This document shows positions 49,209 to 57,750 of a stretch of DNA of 64,000 bases, one piece after another. The translations under genes were made by a program, and so were the position numbers. How positions within the stretch are numbered: position 1 is the stretch's first letter; each line of letters begins with the position of its first letter. Under the pieces are notes generated by a model that was given only the letters and a program-made list of their open reading frames with translations, was not told the DNA's origin and searched no databases. This DNA is from an uncultured Myxococcales bacterium (lineage in GTDB: Bacteria; Myxococcota_A; SURF-8; CAYNVS01), in contig CAYNVS010000001.1 in NCBI GenBank assembly GCA_964400725.1, positions 43,191-107,190 of the forward strand. Reading direction: 5' to 3'.

Positions 49209-49455
49209 TTCCGGCTCCTTTGGCTATAGTTTTATTAAATTAATTCCTTTCCCTTTTAAAGCCTTTAAAAGGCGAAAGGAAGCAGCCCGCCTCGTGAGCG
49301 GCGGGTAATATTTACTCGGCGCTTACGAGCCGAGCTAGTATCTTTCAATCCCTTCGCAAAACGCCCGGGACTTTCGGACTTTTAATCGTCGGTCCCGAGC
49401 GGTTTATCAAAGAATATACATTAGCGTTAAAATGTCTGCGAGACTAGGCTCTTTG

Positions 49456-50067
49456 TTACTTTTTCTTCGGCTTCGCTTCCTTAACGGTCTTTTCCGCTTT
49501 GGGTTTCGGTTTGACGGCCTGCGTCTTGGCCGGAGAGAATGAAACGTCCGTCGGTTTGAATTCGGACAGCCACTTGAACTTCGGCTCAAGTTTCATTCCA
49601 ATCCAGTCGAGCGAAGGCTTGAGCGGGTCCACGCCGGTTATGCGGGTAAGCATAAGAGTATCTACGCCCGGCCATTCGACTAAACCGAGTATGTACGGCG
49701 TTTCGTCCATAAAAGACTCGGAGCCGAAATAGCAGACCGTAAACGTGTGCAGATGGCACTCTTCGGGCAGCTCGAACCATTCCATCTCGGCGCCGCAGCG
49801 GTAGCAGGCCAATCTGGGATTCGGATGGGAAAGCCCGCATTTAGGGCATTTGGTTCCGAGAAGTTTCTTGTTGGCTATGGCCGCGAACCACGGAGAATCC
49901 TGCGCGTAGCTGTGGATGTAATCCATGCTGTACGGCATTTTCATTACGATCGGGCTCATCGACTTGAGCGCCTTGTTAAGCTCTTCGCCCGAAAGCTGGG
50001 TCGGGAAGGGGACGTTATAAATGACGGTGCCGCCTATTGTGGTGGGAAGTCCTTTTTTATCGCTCAT
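49456..50067 (-). CDS. Zn-ribbon/OB-fold (DUF35) protein, thiolase partner
   Basis: GTKCPKCG...PRLACYRCG rubredoxin-like ribbon, OB-fold PYILGLVE...WIGMKL; directly after the thiolase. Confidence 0.9.
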   Translation of the reverse strand: MSDKKGLPTTIGGTVIYNVPFPTQLSGEELNKALKSMSPIVMKMPYSMDYIHSYAQDSPWFAAIANKKLLGTKCPKCGLSHPNPRLACYRCGAEMEWFELPEECHLHTFTVCYFGSESFMDETPYILGLVEWPGVDTLMLTRITGVDPLKPSLDWIGMKLEPKFKWLSEFKPTDVSFSPAKTQAVKPKPKAEKTVKEAKPKKK

Positions 50068-50068
50068 G

Positions 50069-51403
50069 TTATCCCTCTCTTTCCATAATCGTAACGGTTA
50101 CGTAGGTTCCGGTGCCCGCGTGGCTGTGGATTACGCCTCTGCGCGCCTTTTTGACCTGCAGTTTGTCGTTGCCGAACTTGTCTTTAATGCGCCCCTGCAG
50201 CTGCCACAAAGCCATAACGCCCTGCATGATGCCGGTGGCTCCGACCGGATGACCGAAACCGATAAGACCGCCCGACGGGTTGACCGGGACGACCGTTTTG
50301 CTCTTGGGTTTTAGGCCGTAATCGACGCCGGGCATGAAAGCCTTGCCGCTGGCCGCAAACTCGCCGCCCTCGCCGTATTTGCAAAGACCCATGTCTTCGT
50401 AAGTTTGAATTTCGCTGGAAGTGTAGGCGTCGTGAAGCTCCACAAAGTCGAGCTCTTTCGTCGGGTCTTTGATTCCCGCCATTTCGTATGCCTTAAGGCT
50501 CGCGTAACGCCCGGCGCGGAAGCTGTGAACTCCCGGATAATTCAATTTGCCGCCGACGAATTTTTTGCCGACGTAATCGGACGGCTTCTCGTTGGGAAGA
50601 AGCATTACGTCCCAGTGGGGGCGGTCGGCCATGCGCATCTGGTCGGAGCCTCTTCCGATGCCGATTATTTTTACCAGGTCGTTAAGTTTGCCGCCGGCCT
50701 TTTCAATCTTTTTCAACCCTTCTTCGCTGGCGAGAATCATCGCCGCGGCGCCGTCGGACATTTGGCAGATGTCCAATCTGTGAAGCGGCCACGAAACTAT
50801 CGGCGAGTCGATTACGTCTTTAACCGTCAAATCAAAGCCGGCCTGAGCGTACGGGTTGTACTTGGCGTTAATGTGGTTCTTTACCGAAACGTGCGCCATC
50901 TGTTCGTTGGTCGTGCCGAACTCTTTCATGTGGCGGGCGACCATCATCGCGTAGTAGCCGGTGTAGAAGCCGCCGACCGGAAAGTCGAAAGAAACGTCGC
51001 TGGCGAGAGCGATAAATTCGTTTCCTTTCCAAGTGAGAACCGAGCTCATCGTCTCGAAGCCGAAGACCAGCACTATATCGTGCAGGCCGCTGGCCACTGA
51101 TTTCCAGCCTTCCTGTATGCCCAGACCGCCGGTGGCTCCGCCGCCTTCAATGCGGACGGTCGGCTTGGGACAAAGCCCTACGTAGCCGTGCGGCATAACG
51201 CCCGCCTTCAATTGGCGGAGGAAGTGGTCGGAGAAATAGCTCGCGACGCTCATGTCGGTAAGTTCGATGAAGCGCGGATAATCGAGACCGACGTCTTCGA
51301 TGACCTGATCCGTCGCTTCTTTGACGAGACCTTCGAAAGTCTTGTCGTGGCGGGCTTTTGCGAACTTGCTTACGCCGCCGGATACTACGTAAACGTTCCT
51401 CAT
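50069..51403 (-). CDS. Thiolase-like (SCP-x/archaeal-type) protein lacking the canonical N-terminal catalytic Cys
   Basis: KNH.NA..NPYAQ, C.MSDGAAA, ELHDAY and VNPSGGL...GHPVGATG motifs; RIEGGGATGG where active thiolases have C-x-S-G. Confidence 0.9.
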   Translation of the reverse strand: MRNVYVVSGGVSKFAKARHDKTFEGLVKEATDQVIEDVGLDYPRFIELTDMSVASYFSDHFLRQLKAGVMPHGYVGLCPKPTVRIEGGGATGGLGIQEGWKSVASGLHDIVLVFGFETMSSVLTWKGNEFIALASDVSFDFPVGGFYTGYYAMMVARHMKEFGTTNEQMAHVSVKNHINAKYNPYAQAGFDLTVKDVIDSPIVSWPLHRLDICQMSDGAAAMILASEEGLKKIEKAGGKLNDLVKIIGIGRGSDQMRMADRPHWDVMLLPNEKPSDYVGKKFVGGKLNYPGVHSFRAGRYASLKAYEMAGIKDPTKELDFVELHDAYTSSEIQTYEDMGLCKYGEGGEFAASGKAFMPGVDYGLKPKSKTVVPVNPSGGLIGFGHPVGATGIMQGVMALWQLQGRIKDKFGNDKLQVKKARRGVIHSHAGTGTYVTVTIMEREG

Positions 51404-51547
51404 AATTACCTCCTTGATTTAGAGAATGCCACGTTTGCTCGCTAAAATATTCTGCTAATAGCTGATATTCGTATGTAAATTGTCTATATATCAAATCAGC
51501 CGCGTTTGCAAGCGATTGCGCAAAGATAAACGCATAGTTACTTTAAA

Positions 51548-52921
51548 TCAGCGTCCGTTTTTCATTATAAGTTTTCTAACGGCGTCAAGAAGAGCTTTGG
51601 CTTGCGCGGATGTATCAAGCGTTGGAGAGTCGCATTTTACCACAATCGCGTAATCGCGGGAAAGAGCGTACGGCTCGTACGCGTTGGACGAAGGCAGCAG
51701 GGCGACGTTAATAATCTCGCCTGAACTTGACTCGAAAACGTAAGACGCGCCGTTCTTCTCGCCGCGGACGAGCGCGAGCGTAAAACCGGCGATACGCTGC
51801 CGCCCGGCTTTAAGCGGATGCAGCAGCGCGGCCGCTTCCGAGTCGCTCATTCCGTTGGACGCGTCTGCGTCCGCCGCGTCGCAGCGGGGCTTGAGGCGCG
51901 CGAGAAGCGCCTCGTAATGCGAGCGCATCAAGCCGTAAGCCTCGCGCTGGGAATCGAGAACTTTCTTGGGGCGCAGTCCGCGCTCGTAAACAAGGCGCAT
52001 CGAGCCGGGGCCTGAAAGGTTCAGCTCGTCGAATCCGGCGAATGAAGCAAGCCCGCCCGCGACAAGCAAGGCGCGGGTCGAGTCCTCGAACTCGTCGCGG
52101 TAAATCACGCCCGCTGGGTCTATCGAAACCGCCGCGGAGCCGTCCGCGGAAGGCTCTCCAGCCGCGTAATCGCAGTGAACTAGCGCGTGCGAAAGCTCGT
52201 CAATCCACGTTTTATTAATAAAATATTTTTCGCAGGCAAAAACGAGAGAGCGGATTTCCGCGAGACCTGCGGCGAGAGTTTCAAGCTGCGAGGAGCTCCA
52301 TAAAACCCCGATTTGCGGAGAAATTTTTACAAAGCCCCGCTTTGCCGCGTCGTAGGCGCAAAAGAAGTCGTCCTCGACGCTGCGCGCGGTATGAGGGGAT
52401 ACTACCATGTTGACGCTTACGTCCGCTCCCGCCGCTAGCGCCAGTTCGATTCCCTTCATCGTTCTCGCCCATCCTCCCGCGGATTCGTTAAGGGCGGCGC
52501 GCCGAGAATCGTGCGTCTCTTCTGAGCCGTCTAGGCTTACGCGCAGCGATGTTTTCGACTCCGCAAACAATTTCGCCAGACTCTCATCCATCAGAGTCGC
52601 GTTGGTAACGACCGTTATTCCGCCTAGTTTCCCCGCAAGTCCGGGGTCGTCCGCCATGCGCTTAAGAGCGTCGAATACCGTCAAAAGAACTTCGCGCGCC
52701 AGCAGCGGCTCTCCGCCCGTTATTTCTACGTCCGCGCGTCCGCGGCTTCGCGCCGCGCTTTTTACCGCGTCTAAGGCCGCCGCCGCGGTTTGCGGGCTCA
52801 TGTAAACGTCGCGCTTTGAGGCGTAACAATATTTGCATCGCAGGTTGCACTGCTCGGTCAGAATTAGGCGGACAAGGGCATGCCCCGTTCCGGGCGCCGG
52901 CGTTTTAAACTCCGAACTCAT
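51548..52921 (-). CDS. Radical SAM protein with an additional C-terminal alpha/beta domain
   Basis: CNLRCKYC, TGGEPLL, VTNATL and VSLDG motifs; no Cys-rich SPASM; ~100-aa C-terminal extension. Confidence 0.9.
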   Translation of the reverse strand: MSSEFKTPAPGTGHALVRLILTEQCNLRCKYCYASKRDVYMSPQTAAAALDAVKSAARSRGRADVEITGGEPLLAREVLLTVFDALKRMADDPGLAGKLGGITVVTNATLMDESLAKLFAESKTSLRVSLDGSEETHDSRRAALNESAGGWARTMKGIELALAAGADVSVNMVVSPHTARSVEDDFFCAYDAAKRGFVKISPQIGVLWSSSQLETLAAGLAEIRSLVFACEKYFINKTWIDELSHALVHCDYAAGEPSADGSAAVSIDPAGVIYRDEFEDSTRALLVAGGLASFAGFDELNLSGPGSMRLVYERGLRPKKVLDSQREAYGLMRSHYEALLARLKPRCDAADADASNGMSDSEAAALLHPLKAGRQRIAGFTLALVRGEKNGASYVFESSSGEIINVALLPSSNAYEPYALSRDYAIVVKCDSPTLDTSAQAKALLDAVRKLIMKNGR

Positions 52922-53900
52922 CGGGAATTCCTCCGACCGCGAAATAAACCGCCGAATATTTCATTCGAAGCGTCCCGCCGGCGGGGGCGCCAAAAGCGAT
53001 TGAAAGACAAACCGGCCGCGTTTCAAGTCCGTTTGCCGCGCAGACGCGCCGCGCCCGTCCGGCCAGTTTCCATTCCTTCGAGCCTTCCAGCGAAAAATTT
53101 TTTACAATCCGGCTTAAAATCTCGTCGCCGAATTCTTCCGGCGCGCCGGGCGGCGGCGTGTAATAAACTTTAAAGCCCGTCGCGTCGCCGGTTTGCGGCT
53201 CGTATTTCTTGTAATAAATAAGCCCGTCTCCGTGCATTCTTTGCGGCAAAAGCGACTCGAAGAGCTCCAGGCTCCCGGCCGCCTCGGCGCTCATTTGCGC
53301 GAATGGAGCAAAACGGCGCGAATAGTCTTTAAAAAAACGCAGTCCGATCATGCGGTCGGCTGAAAAATCGGCCGCAATCATGTCCAAATCGGCGGCGTTA
53401 AACTCGCTGAAAATCTCCTCAGCCCGTCCGCCCAGCATAGCGCAAAGCCGCTTTAGAGCCTCGCGCCTTACGTTGGAGCTCATAAGTCTTTTGGCGTCCT
53501 CCATTAAAAACGTAAGTTTGGGCGCGCCTCCGTTTTTAGGCCATTCGGCGCCCATAGTAGGCGAGACGCGATAAAATGGAACCGCGTCCATGAAGGCGGC
53601 AAGGGGGCGCAAATCGAAACCCTGCGCCGAAAAAACCGCTTTAACCGATTTATGAAACGCGCTCGTCAGCGCGACGCGCGGATTGAAGCCGATTTCAAAC
53701 GTTTCGTCCCCTCCTTCGCCAAGGGCGAACCCCAAATCGAACTCGAACGGATGCTCCTTATTCGCGAGCGCGCCGATTGCAAAAAGAATGTCGTTCTTTC
53801 GGGCGTAACCGTCGAGGAGAGTTTGAGCAGCGGCTTGAATTTTCTGAATTCGCGCCGCGTTGCGCGCCTGAAAAGCGGCTCTGACGCCGGCGTCGTTCAT
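52905..53900 (-). CDS. Hypothetical protein with predicted ABBA prenyltransferase-barrel topology
   Basis: Likely start MNDAGV at 53900; the longer ORF is the antisense-free extension overlapping the PP2C gene. Five beta-hairpin-like pairs separated by helices, including FKVYY. Confidence 0.55.
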   Translation of the reverse strand: MNDAGVRAAFQARNAARIQKIQAAAQTLLDGYARKNDILFAIGALANKEHPFEFDLGFALGEGGDETFEIGFNPRVALTSAFHKSVKAVFSAQGFDLRPLAAFMDAVPFYRVSPTMGAEWPKNGGAPKLTFLMEDAKRLMSSNVRREALKRLCAMLGGRAEEIFSEFNAADLDMIAADFSADRMIGLRFFKDYSRRFAPFAQMSAEAAGSLELFESLLPQRMHGDGLIYYKKYEPQTGDATGFKVYYTPPPGAPEEFGDEILSRIVKNFSLEGSKEWKLAGRARRVCAANGLETRPVCLSIAFGAPAGGTLRMKYSAVYFAVGGIPDEFGV

Positions 53901-53905
53901 GGCTT

Positions 53906-54859
53906 TCAAACGAAAGCTATCCAGAGGATATAAAACATGATGAGACAGACGAGCAGGCCTATTACCGTGCCGATGGCTATTATCATCCAAACGGGCGGCC
54001 CCTCCTTGCGTTTGTTGTCCTGCATATTGAGGATAATTTTTTTTGTGTTCTCTATGTCGTCGCGCGGCGGCGGCGCGTGCTTGGGAACAGGGACGGGCAG
54101 CGGGTCTTCCTTTGGGCCGATTACCTTTATAACCTGCACGGTTACGTTGTCGGTTCCGCCTGCGGACAAGGCCATATCTATAAGGTCGCTGGCCATAACG
54201 TCGGGCGTCGTTTCGCGGGCGAGAACGCGCTCGATGTGGACGTCGGAGACGAGGCCGTGAAGTCCGTCCGTGCACAGCATTATTACGTCTCCGCCTTGCA
54301 GCTTTACCGCCTCCGGCAGTATATCGACCAGAGCGTCTGGATGACAGCCTACCGCGCTGTTAAGAATGTGCGACCGCGGATGGTTTTTCGCCTCTTCTTC
54401 GTTCATAATGCCGCTTTCAATCAACATCTGAACGAGCGTGTGGTCGATGGTGAGCCTGTGCAGAGCTCCGGCGCGGTAAAGATAGATGCGGCTGTCTCCT
54501 ACGTGCGCGACGTAAGCCTTGCCGTCTTTTATCAGCACGGCCACGGCGGTGCTGCCCATGCCGTAAAGCTCCGGGTTCAGCGCGCCCTTTTTAAAAATTT
54601 CTATGTTTGCGCGGAAGAGCGAATCTTTGATAATGGCAATTGGATCGGAGTTGGGATCGGAGCGCGCGCAGCGCTGCATCAACAGGTTGACGACGAGGTT
54701 GCTGGCTATTTCGCCTCCCTGATGTCCTCCCATGCCGTCGGCTACCACGTAAAAAAAACCAATCGGCGTCTGGCCGTGCCAAACGTCGTCTTGATTTTTC
54801 TTTCTTACCTTCCCGACGTGCGTCCTTTCCGCGACCTTGTAAACAAGCTCCTGACTCAT
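53906..54859 (-). CDS. PP2C/Stp1-family Ser/Thr protein phosphatase with C-terminal TM helix
   Basis: THVGKVRKKNQD, VADGMGGH.GGE.AS, GMGST, AHVGDSR.Y, LCTDGLH and GGTDNVTV. Confidence 0.95.
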   Translation of the reverse strand: MSQELVYKVAERTHVGKVRKKNQDDVWHGQTPIGFFYVVADGMGGHQGGEIASNLVVNLLMQRCARSDPNSDPIAIIKDSLFRANIEIFKKGALNPELYGMGSTAVAVLIKDGKAYVAHVGDSRIYLYRAGALHRLTIDHTLVQMLIESGIMNEEEAKNHPRSHILNSAVGCHPDALVDILPEAVKLQGGDVIMLCTDGLHGLVSDVHIERVLARETTPDVMASDLIDMALSAGGTDNVTVQVIKVIGPKEDPLPVPVPKHAPPPRDDIENTKKIILNMQDNKRKEGPPVWMIIAIGTVIGLLVCLIMFYILWIAFV

Positions 54860-55252
54860 TGCGCCGTAATTTTCAAGCAAACGAATACTTCGTGAATCCC
54901 TGCTTCGTCCGTTAAAGAACAATAATTGGTCAACTTTTATCTTTTCAATTATTATACAATTTCTTAAAAAAACAAAATATAAATTTTTTACCCCGTCCGG
55001 CTATCCGGCTTGGCCTTGAAACGTTTTCGGTTTTATGCCGAAGGTCTATTTATTGGAAGGGCGCGCCAGGCGGGTTTATTAAAAGGAAAACAACGGAATT
55101 AAATATATTTATGCGCGTTTTTTTCCAAAGCAAAGGGGCGGATAAGCGTCGCCTTCGTCCTCCGCGTCAGGCTAAATTTTTTTGATACCTTATCTATAAT
55201 ATGTTATACGTTCATAAATTTGATTGCCAGAGCAAAAAGAAAGAGGCTTGAT

Positions 55253-56800
55253 ATGGCTAAAAAGATTTTTCTGTTGTGGGCAATAGCGGCTGCGTCGGTT
55301 TTATATTTTTCGGCCGCTTTGGCCGCCGGTCTTCCCAATTCGCCCGAAGAGATGATACCCGGAATGTCGGGCGAAAAGAAAAGCAGTTTCGGCGCGCTTA
55401 TTATGGCGAGCAAATGGCGCGAGGATTGGTACCTCGATTTGGCTCTCTCAACCGAGTTGCAGCTCGGCCCTAAAAACATAGTCGGCATCGGCTTGTCGCT
55501 TCCGCTGCACTTTCAGGTTTACGACGCCGACCCGAAGAACGACCGCAAGTGGTACATGCCGTTCCGCAAAGAAGAATGGGACGAAGTTCCCGACTATCTG
55601 CGCATACTGCGGTACGTCCGTTACGGCTGCAAATTTTGCGAAGACAATTACGTTTACGCCTTGGCGGGCGATTTGCAAGGCGTAAGCATCGGCCACGGAA
55701 CCATTGTAAGCCAGTATTACAACAACGCCGATTTGGCGCACTACAAGCCCGGTCTCGAACTCGACCTGTATTGGCCTAAACGCGGCGGAATAGAGCTGTT
55801 GACGAACAATTTTCTCGGCAAGCCGTATCTTGTAGGCGGTCGCATCTACGCGAAACCTATCGGTTTTTTTCTCGACGAGAACAGCTATTTAAACAACTTT
55901 GCGATGGGCTGCACGGTCGTTTCCGACGCGGTCGCGCCCAAGGAGCTTACGTTCCTTCCATACACCACCAAAGATTCTACCGGCAAGGACGTAATCCAGA
56001 AAGACTCTAGCGGAAATATTATTTACAGCGAAGCCATCGACTCCACCGACGCCAACAACCCGGCGTCCGATAAAAACAAGGCTCTCACCGTATTCGGCTT
56101 CGATTTCGAGTTCAAGGCGGTAAACAACGACTGGCTCTCGGTTACTCCGTTCCTCGACGTCAACACTATCGCGACGCACGGCTCCGGTATGCACCTGGGC
56201 GTGCTTACCGATTTCAAATTCGTCGTAACCATCAACACCCGGCTAGAGTACCGCTACTTCGGCGACGATTACATTCCGATGTATTTCGACACTTTCTACG
56301 AGGCGCAGCGTTTCGTATTTCCCAGCCCGAAGAAGCTGAAAACAAAAACGTGGACTACGACCGAGGCCGCGCCAAACGACAAAATTACGTTTGTTTATCC
56401 TCAAACCAAGGCGGAAGCGATAGACGGCATGGACGCTAAAAACGGTTACTACGCCGGATTGTCGTTCTTCTTCCTTAAAACGCTCAAGCTGTTCCGCGTC
56501 GGCGCCGTGCTGGAAGACTACCAAGGCAAAAACAACACCAATTTCATCATGTTCCTCGACGTTCCGGCTTTGGAGACGATTGAATTCTCGGCTTGGTATT
56601 ACAAGAGCAATTTCGAGGACTGGGGCGACGTCTTCAAGTTCGACGAGCGTTCTCTGCTCGTCGCTCAGGCGAAATTCCATTACAGCATGGCTGTAATAAT
56701 GGCTCAGTTTACCCGCTCGTGGAACTTCAATCCGACCAGCGGCAAATACGACAGCGTCGATAACTGGCAGTTCGGCGCGGGCGTAGAGGTTTTGTTTTAA
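55253..56800 (+). CDS. Putative outer-membrane beta-barrel protein
   Basis: Signal peptide from MAKKIF, alternating aromatic beta-strands, W.EVPDYLRILRYVRYG and GHGTIV..Y.N motifs, C-terminal Phe. Confidence 0.65.
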   Translation: MAKKIFLLWAIAAASVLYFSAALAAGLPNSPEEMIPGMSGEKKSSFGALIMASKWREDWYLDLALSTELQLGPKNIVGIGLSLPLHFQVYDADPKNDRKWYMPFRKEEWDEVPDYLRILRYVRYGCKFCEDNYVYALAGDLQGVSIGHGTIVSQYYNNADLAHYKPGLELDLYWPKRGGIELLTNNFLGKPYLVGGRIYAKPIGFFLDENSYLNNFAMGCTVVSDAVAPKELTFLPYTTKDSTGKDVIQKDSSGNIIYSEAIDSTDANNPASDKNKALTVFGFDFEFKAVNNDWLSVTPFLDVNTIATHGSGMHLGVLTDFKFVVTINTRLEYRYFGDDYIPMYFDTFYEAQRFVFPSPKKLKTKTWTTTEAAPNDKITFVYPQTKAEAIDGMDAKNGYYAGLSFFFLKTLKLFRVGAVLEDYQGKNNTNFIMFLDVPALETIEFSAWYYKSNFEDWGDVFKFDERSLLVAQAKFHYSMAVIMAQFTRSWNFNPTSGKYDSVDNWQFGAGVEVLF

Positions 56801-56827
56801 CGCCAAGATTAAAGCGTCCATGCGGTT

Positions 56828-57733
56828 ATGAAATCAAAGCTTAACTTGAACGCCTTTAAAAGGCCGTTCTCCCTCGCCGTCGCGGCCTCGGTTTTGGCGG
56901 CGTGCGCGTATTCCATATATTTTTGGATTAATCTGCGGGCGGACGTCCCTTTGGACGACGACTTCAAAGCGGCGGCAAAGCATATAAAGGCGGAATACAA
57001 ACAGTCCGATTTCGTCGCTATAACCCCTTACTGGGCGTTTCAAGCGGACGGAGCCATGAAGGGAACCCGCCGTCTTCTTACGCAATACCCTGAAAAAGAA
57101 ATATATTCCTATACCGACAGGCTTTGGGTCGTTTCGATTTTCGGCCGCTTCGACGAAGGCGCGAAGAAATACGCCGAGAAAGGGAACAAACTTTTACAGA
57201 ATAGAAAATTCGGAAACGTCTCAACCTATTTGTTTGAAATCGCAGAGGAAAACAAGCCGCGCTTCGATTTTGTGGAGGATATAAACCAAGCCGAGGTTTA
57301 CATGCTGAAGCAGGGACATAAAACAAGCTGCGGCGCGGCGATTAACAAGCGGTTCATGTGCTCGGCAAACGAATGGAACTACGTAGGGCAGATTTACCGT
57401 TTCGCTGGTTTGTCCAAGCGTAAAATGATATGGGCTCATCCGGTCGAAGATTCTCTTGAAATTCAATTTTTCGACGTAAAAACCGGAAAAAACCTATTAA
57501 TTAATACGGCGCTTTCTTTCTTTTCGCCGTCCTTGAAGGAAGGCTCGCCTGTTTATTTGGACGTTTACATAGACGGGCAGCTTTATTACACGATAAAACA
57601 GCCCAACAGCGAAGAGATGCAAAGTTTCGTCATCCCCTTAAAAAATCCCGAATTTTCCCACGACGTCCGTTTTTCCGTCCGCGCTCCCGACGTCGGCAGG
57701 CGGCACTTTTTATTTCAGGCTTACACGCTTTGA
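56828..57733 (+). CDS. Membrane-anchored periplasmic hypothetical protein
   Basis: N-terminal TM helix, then F.AAA..I.....D....P.WA segment and a beta-rich C-terminal domain; co-oriented and tightly spaced in the operon. Confidence 0.7.
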   Translation: MKSKLNLNAFKRPFSLAVAASVLAACAYSIYFWINLRADVPLDDDFKAAAKHIKAEYKQSDFVAITPYWAFQADGAMKGTRRLLTQYPEKEIYSYTDRLWVVSIFGRFDEGAKKYAEKGNKLLQNRKFGNVSTYLFEIAEENKPRFDFVEDINQAEVYMLKQGHKTSCGAAINKRFMCSANEWNYVGQIYRFAGLSKRKMIWAHPVEDSLEIQFFDVKTGKNLLINTALSFFSPSLKEGSPVYLDVYIDGQLYYTIKQPNSEEMQSFVIPLKNPEFSHDVRFSVRAPDVGRRHFLFQAYTL

Positions 57734-57750
57734 CGCAGGCGCAATCATAA

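Noticed and set aside
53901-54275. N-terminal extension of the 456-aa ORF 52905-54275
   Set aside because: It overlaps the PP2C gene in another frame and is Arg/Pro-rich nonsense. The real start is probably the ATG at 53900.
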